The translations under genes were made by a program, and so were the position numbers. Shown here piece by piece: positions 58,953-64,000 of a stretch of DNA of 64,000 nt (the stretch's first letter is position 1; every line of letters begins with the position of its first letter). Location of the stretch: NCBI GenBank assembly GCA_951406725.2, contig OX597834.1, forward strand, positions 25,420,001 to 25,484,000. The letters run 5' to 3'. The notes below the pieces were generated by a model, which saw only the letters and a program-made list of their open reading frames with translations, had not been told where the DNA came from and did not search any database. The stretch comes from Octopus vulgaris. Its lineage: Eukaryota.

Positions 58953-60219
58953 ATATATTAATACAATTTTGGGGTTTTTAAGCTGTCATCTAAAATAAAG
59001 ATATGATTTTCTTCATACATATTATTGATTGTTGTTAAATATTCTGTGTCACTGGCACGGAAGTCAGTTAGCCACTCTGGCAACAATCACGCTTGGATGG
59101 TGCTCTTGGCACCCTACTAGCACAGGCACAAGTGCCAGTAAGGCGACGCTGGTAACGATCATACTCGAATGGTGCCTTTTATGTGCCACTGGCAAGGAGC
59201 TGGTTAGCCGCTCCGTCAACGATCACACTCGTATGGTGCCCTTTGCACCCAACTGCACGGATGCCAGTCATCGAATTTGATTTCACTTGCCTCAACAGGT
59301 CTTCGCATATATATATATGTATACTCTTTTACTTGTTTCAGTCATTTGACTGCGGCCATGCTGGAGCACCGCCTGTAGTCGAGGAAATCGACCCCAGTTC
59401 TTATTCTATCGGTCTCTTTTGCCGAACCGCTAAGTTACAGGGACGTAAACACACCAGCATCGGTTGTCAAGCGATGTTGAGGGGTGACAAACACACAAAC
59501 ATATTTATACATATACATATATTCGACGGGTTTCTTTCAGTTTCCGTCTACCAAATCCACTCACAAGGCTTTGGTCGGCCCAAGGCTATGGTAGAAGACA
59601 CTTGCCCAAGGTGCCACGCAGTGGGACTGAACCCGGAACCATGTGGCTGGTAAGCAAGCTACTTACCACACAGCCACTCTTATATGCTGAATTCTCCCAT
59701 TGGTTTTGTAGTATGAGATTCCAACAACCTACACTTTCTTTGTCAGTCATAATGCTTATGTCAAATGTGTCCCACCAACAATTTGCAAAGACCTGTAGAT
59801 GTTGCAAGTTTGAGGATTACAGGTAAATGCAGGTGGTATATTAGCTGCCACTTTTCTCCTTTGTCTTATACCTCTTAGCCTGCTAATGCTGGTTCAAATT
59901 AAAGTCTCTTATACCATTTTGACACAGTGATCTCCTTTTTGTTCATTCCAAGGCTGTTTGCTCAAAAGTATTGAGAACTATATTGACAACTGAGAGGTTA
60001 CTCATTAGCTGATTCTTTATTATCATCATCATCATCGTTTAGCGTCCGCTTTCCATGCTAGCATGGGTTGGACGGTTCAACTGGGCTCTGGGAAGCTAGA
60101 AGGCTGCACCAGGCCGTCTGATCTGGCAATGTTTCTACAGCTGGATGCCCTTCCTAACGCCAACCACTCCGTGACTGTATAACTATGTATATTATTATAC
60201 ACAGTAATAATAATAATCC

Positions 60220-60458
60220 TTAGATGGAATTTATATTTTAATGCATCACTATATGCGTTTCCACAAATCATGTCTCTTAAGATCATAGTCCACTTTCCTG
60301 GGAAGATACCAGAGCATGAACATGATCTAACTGATGTCCATGGATACTACATACTGCATTGTAATCATTCCAGGAATATGGACTATGATCTTACAAAACA
60401 TGTGATTCGTGGAAATACAAGCAGTAATGCATTAAAATATTTATAAAGTCCATCCAAG
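60220..60458. repeat. Old imperfect inverted repeat (MITE-like)
   Basis: tttaatgcat..ttccac..aagatcatagtcca pairs with tggactatgatctt..gtggaa..atgcattaaa. Confidence 0.65.
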
Positions 60459-60635
60459 CAATATTGTTATTATTTTAACTATATTTATCCTACATCATAT
60501 CAGCACAACTTGGTGCAACCTCAAACAACTGGTATTCCAGTTGGTATCATTAGGCTGTAGCCAGCATAACCGAATAGGAGCTTTTATATGCATATTCAAA
60601 ATGTTTCCCCTAAAAAACTTAAAGGGTATACATAT

Positions 60636-61020
60636 ATATTGTTATATTTCGGAATGGTCATTTTGCCAGTTTAGCCAATAAAAACACATGCATTATATAT
60701 TTGGTGTTACTTTGCTTCAGCGTTATTTATTTTTTACATTAATCTTAATCTTATTTCGGCCAGAGTTCTTTCGTCACACTCCTGTGACCTCATCAGTGGT
60801 CCTTTGCTTTCTTCTTTCTTACTAGTGTGTCTCTCCTTACTAACGGTCAGCCATTTTGTATTCCTATTGTATGTGTCTTCATTTGCGCATGCATATACCT
60901 CTATGTGTATCTATGTTTAGTTAGTGCATGTGTTTTTATTGGCTAAACTGGCAAAATGACCATTCCTAAATACAACAATATCTGTTTCAACACACGATTT
61001 CACATCAAAAATCTTGCAAA
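60636..61020 (-). mobile_element. Penelope-type pseudo-LTR cassette with ~58-bp inverted repeats
   Basis: IR 60636-60694 / 60922-60980; hammerhead motif inside; TA-rich flanks. Confidence 0.7.
60758..60801 (-). ncRNA. Minimal hammerhead ribozyme motif
   Basis: GACCA-CTGATGA-G-GTCACA ggag TGTGAC-GAAA-GAAC-TC-TGGCC. Confidence 0.7.
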
Positions 61021-61282
61021 ACAAATATATAAATGTATATATATATATATATATAATAAATCTCTGAGCGAGGTATAAACAGTAGCTGCAACACATTTAT
61101 ACCACATATACCACATTTAAGTGGTATATTTACCACTTAAATGTGGCTAACCCCTAAGGGTGGATGCTACTGTATCTTGTAGCCCCAGGAGGACACCTCC
61201 TTCAGCTGGCTATTGACACACTTTCTGTGCCCTATCAGTATTTGCAAAGGGAAGCCATCCTTACCGTTTTCAACCTATGATA

Positions 61283-61327
61283 CACACGGAATCGAGTTTC
61301 TGGGTATTGACCCGTCATCAGCATGTG
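61283..61327 (-). ncRNA. Hammerhead motif in a relative of the 13229-13944 element
   Basis: CACATG-CTGATGA-CGGGT caat ACCCA-GAAA-CTCGA-TTC-CGTGTG. The element end ataataaatctct.agcgaggtataaacagta (61054) is shared with 13235. Confidence 0.65.
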
Positions 61328-63168
61328 ACAATCACTGGTTGTCGATGAAAAGTAGGCCTCCCTTTGCAAATATATATCCTTTTTCCAGTGACGAAAAGTA
61401 TATATATATTATATATACATACACATGTATTTATAATTTTTGAGGTGACAGTCTTGTCAAATCAGACCCACAGATGACAAATATATCAACTATGGCAAGG
61501 AATGCTATGTATGTATACACACACATATCTGTGCCAAAGGACTGCACTAAATATAAAGTTATTTCATTAGGATTCTTTATAGACTGAAACAGAAATTTCT
61601 CAAAACCAAACCAAATTTACCCAATTCTCTTGGCTCTTCAGACATGAATGGAAAATATGCAAATTTCAAAGCTGAGATCAATAAACAAATCACAAATTTA
61701 TTAAAACATTCCGACCATTAACAATATGGCCTTTCCTCTTAAGGGAATCATATATGTTCCTTCTACCTTAGAACACAGAGTAGTCCAGATTTGACTATCT
61801 TGCTTGTTATGGATTCAGAGATTTTACTTTTTTTTTTTTTTTTTTTAAATTAGTAAGAGTGAAAGCGTTCGAACTGTAACCATCCCTTCTAGTCTGAAAT
61901 TCAAATAGATACTATAAATCCAAATTAAAAAAAAAAAAATTAATCTAATTAATGACAAAATAATTAAATCCATATGATTAAAAATAATTGTTTGTTGCAG
62001 AAGCAGGACTGAATTCTAGAGGAGGAGAGCAACCAATTACATTGACTCTAAGGCAGCGAGCTGGCAGAACCATTAGCACGCCGGGCGAAATGCGTAGCCG
62101 TATTTCGTCTGCTGTTACGTTCCGAGTTCAAATTTTCCTTTCATCCTTTCGGGGTCGATAAATTAAGTACCAGTTATGCACTGGGGTCGATGTAATCGAT
62201 TTAATTCATTTGTCTGTCCTTGTTTGTCCCCTCCATATTTAACTCCTTGTGGGTAATAAAGAAACACTTCAGTGGTTCTTTATTAACCCTGGGCAGATAA
62301 AAAAGCAAAGTTGGCTTTGGCAGGATTTGGATTCAAAACATAAAGAGCCAAGAGAAAAGACTGCTACACGTTTTTTGCAAAGCTCTAATCGATTCTGCCA
62401 ATCCACCAGCCTCGATAGATAAAATTATAAAATTTATGTACAACTGAAACACCCGTGTCACCATGTCTAAGAATGCCCAAAGCCTAACTTGATTCTAAAT
62501 AACAGGGCACCTTCCAAATAGAAATGCTTTTTGTAGTTGTTCCTAATCCAAAACAAAGGCATTATGACCCCTGTTACACAACTGCCAGGAGGTTGTCATA
62601 ATGCACGGTAAAATAAACTCATTTGGAGGTGATTCTCTGTAGTGTCCTATTTTATTTTTGTTTTATTTTCTTACTTGTACTGAAATCTCAACATAAGTCC
62701 CGGGGTCGATTTGCTCGACTAAAGGCGGTGCTCCAGCATGGCCTCAGTCAAATGACTGAAACAAGTAAAAGAGTAAGAGTATGAAATGAAAACTAATAGG
62801 ATAACCTCAATCGGAACATTTTCATTCTTACTAAAGTGAGAAAAAATAATTTAAAAAAAACTCTGAATCCATAAAAAAAGATGAGATGGTTACTTCATTC
62901 ACCTAATGGTCACAGTTGAGACACTTTCATATTAATTAGTGTTTGATATATTTAACAGATTCCTGGCAGTTGTAACTGTTGAAATCTGTATAGTTTTAGC
63001 TCACATGAGCACTGAACAAAGTGTCTTTGAACATTAATAAATTTTTTATATTCTACTAATTTCATTTTAACAGAATTTCATGTGTGTGTATGCGAGAGAG
63101 AGAGGAGATAGTTGGAAACTGCTTTTATTTTGATATTTTCAGACACATTTTTAAAAAATCCCACTTAA

Positions 63169-63650
63169 CCCTTTAGCATTTAAACCGGCCATATTCTGCC
63201 AAAATGATCTATTTGTTTTTTTGTTCAAACTGGCCAAATACAAGGCTTTCACATCTTCCCTAGAATGTCATCATCATCATTGTTCGACCGTGGTCGAGAC
63301 AATGGAATTTACCATGCTACGCCAGACTTCACGGTCCATCATGGCATTACGGAGGTCGTGTTGCTGGATGCCTGTATCCCTGGAGATTACATCAGGGTAG
63401 GAGAGTGTGCGCCCTCTGGTATTGCGAGTAGATGGCTTCCAGAGGAGAAGAGTAGAAATTACTTCTTTTTCAGCTCTACAACAATGTCCAGCAAACTGGA
63501 CTCTCCTACCTTGTGAAAGGTAGAATGTCATACTAAAAGTAAACAATCCTATAATCGAAATCTCAAAGCAACAAGATAATGCCTGATTAATTCAAGACAA
63601 TGTGAATAAATAAGCATAACATTTGACAGAGCAATCGGTATGCTAAAGGG
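63169..63650. mobile_element. piggyBac-type MITE interrupted by a LINE insertion
   Basis: TTAA-CCCTTTAGCA ... TGCTAAAGGG-TTAA. Confidence 0.87.
63272..63520 (-). mobile_element. 5'-truncated RTE-X-like LINE with 11-bp TSD
   Basis: VQFAGHCCRAEKEVISTLLLWKP...RGRTLSYPDVISRDTG...LRNAMMDREVWR; (TGA)n tail; TSD TAGAATGTCAT at 63261 and 63521. Confidence 0.85.
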
Positions 63651-64000
63651 TTAAATTTGGGTATGAAGTTTCTCTTTTCATTTCTTTTATTTTTGTCAGA
63701 AAATAATATCTGAAATTTATTTCAAACAAACCAAAAGAAAAAGAGAGAGAGAGCGAGAGCAAGAGAGTGAGAGAAAGAACAAACAAAAACATTCTATAAA
63801 TGGCACTTTTTTTTTTTCCTTTTATGATGACTTTAGGAACCAGAGGAGGGAGTGTCACACAAGAACAAGAGCAAAACAGTTGGTGGGGGAGGGGTCTGTC
63901 TTCTTTCTGTGACTGGAAGAGAAAAAACATATGAATTAAAGCATAAGATAAAAAATACCAATAATGGAAATTTCTGTAAGAGGCACAACACCACATATAA

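Noticed and set aside
61582-61720. Possible plus-strand terminal exon (LKQKFLKTKPNLP...HSDH*)
   Set aside because: Has an acceptor-like site but no recognisable homology and no linked exons.

Overview
AT-rich, repeat-dense eukaryotic DNA. The SINE, microsatellite and MITE repertoire looks like an octopus genome (inference). The one host gene I can support is TFIP11 (Ntr1/Spp382 G-patch spliceosome-disassembly factor) on the minus strand: 16 coding exons from ATG 51018 to stop 17172, 2475 nt / 824 aa after correcting one indel. Exons 9-15 occur twice (17545-29649 and 29750-41299) on either side of a 100-N gap. The two copies differ by synonymous substitutions, intronic indels and two different exon-12 frameshifts, so this is most likely an uncollapsed haplotype overlap rather than a real duplication. 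The rest is transposon material: Penelope-like elements, RTE/RTE-X/RLE LINEs, a Gypsy-like integrase fragment, mariner, piggyBac- and hAT-type MITEs, Helitron/Helentron-type elements and several tRNA-SINE families. The most striking hidden structure is a set of about ten minimal type-I hammerhead-ribozyme motifs, several inside inverted-repeat, (TA)n-flanked Penelope-type cassettes. There is also a Helentron-like element that has tandemly amplified a captured Penelope RT fragment. No database search or folding program was run; all family calls are by eye.
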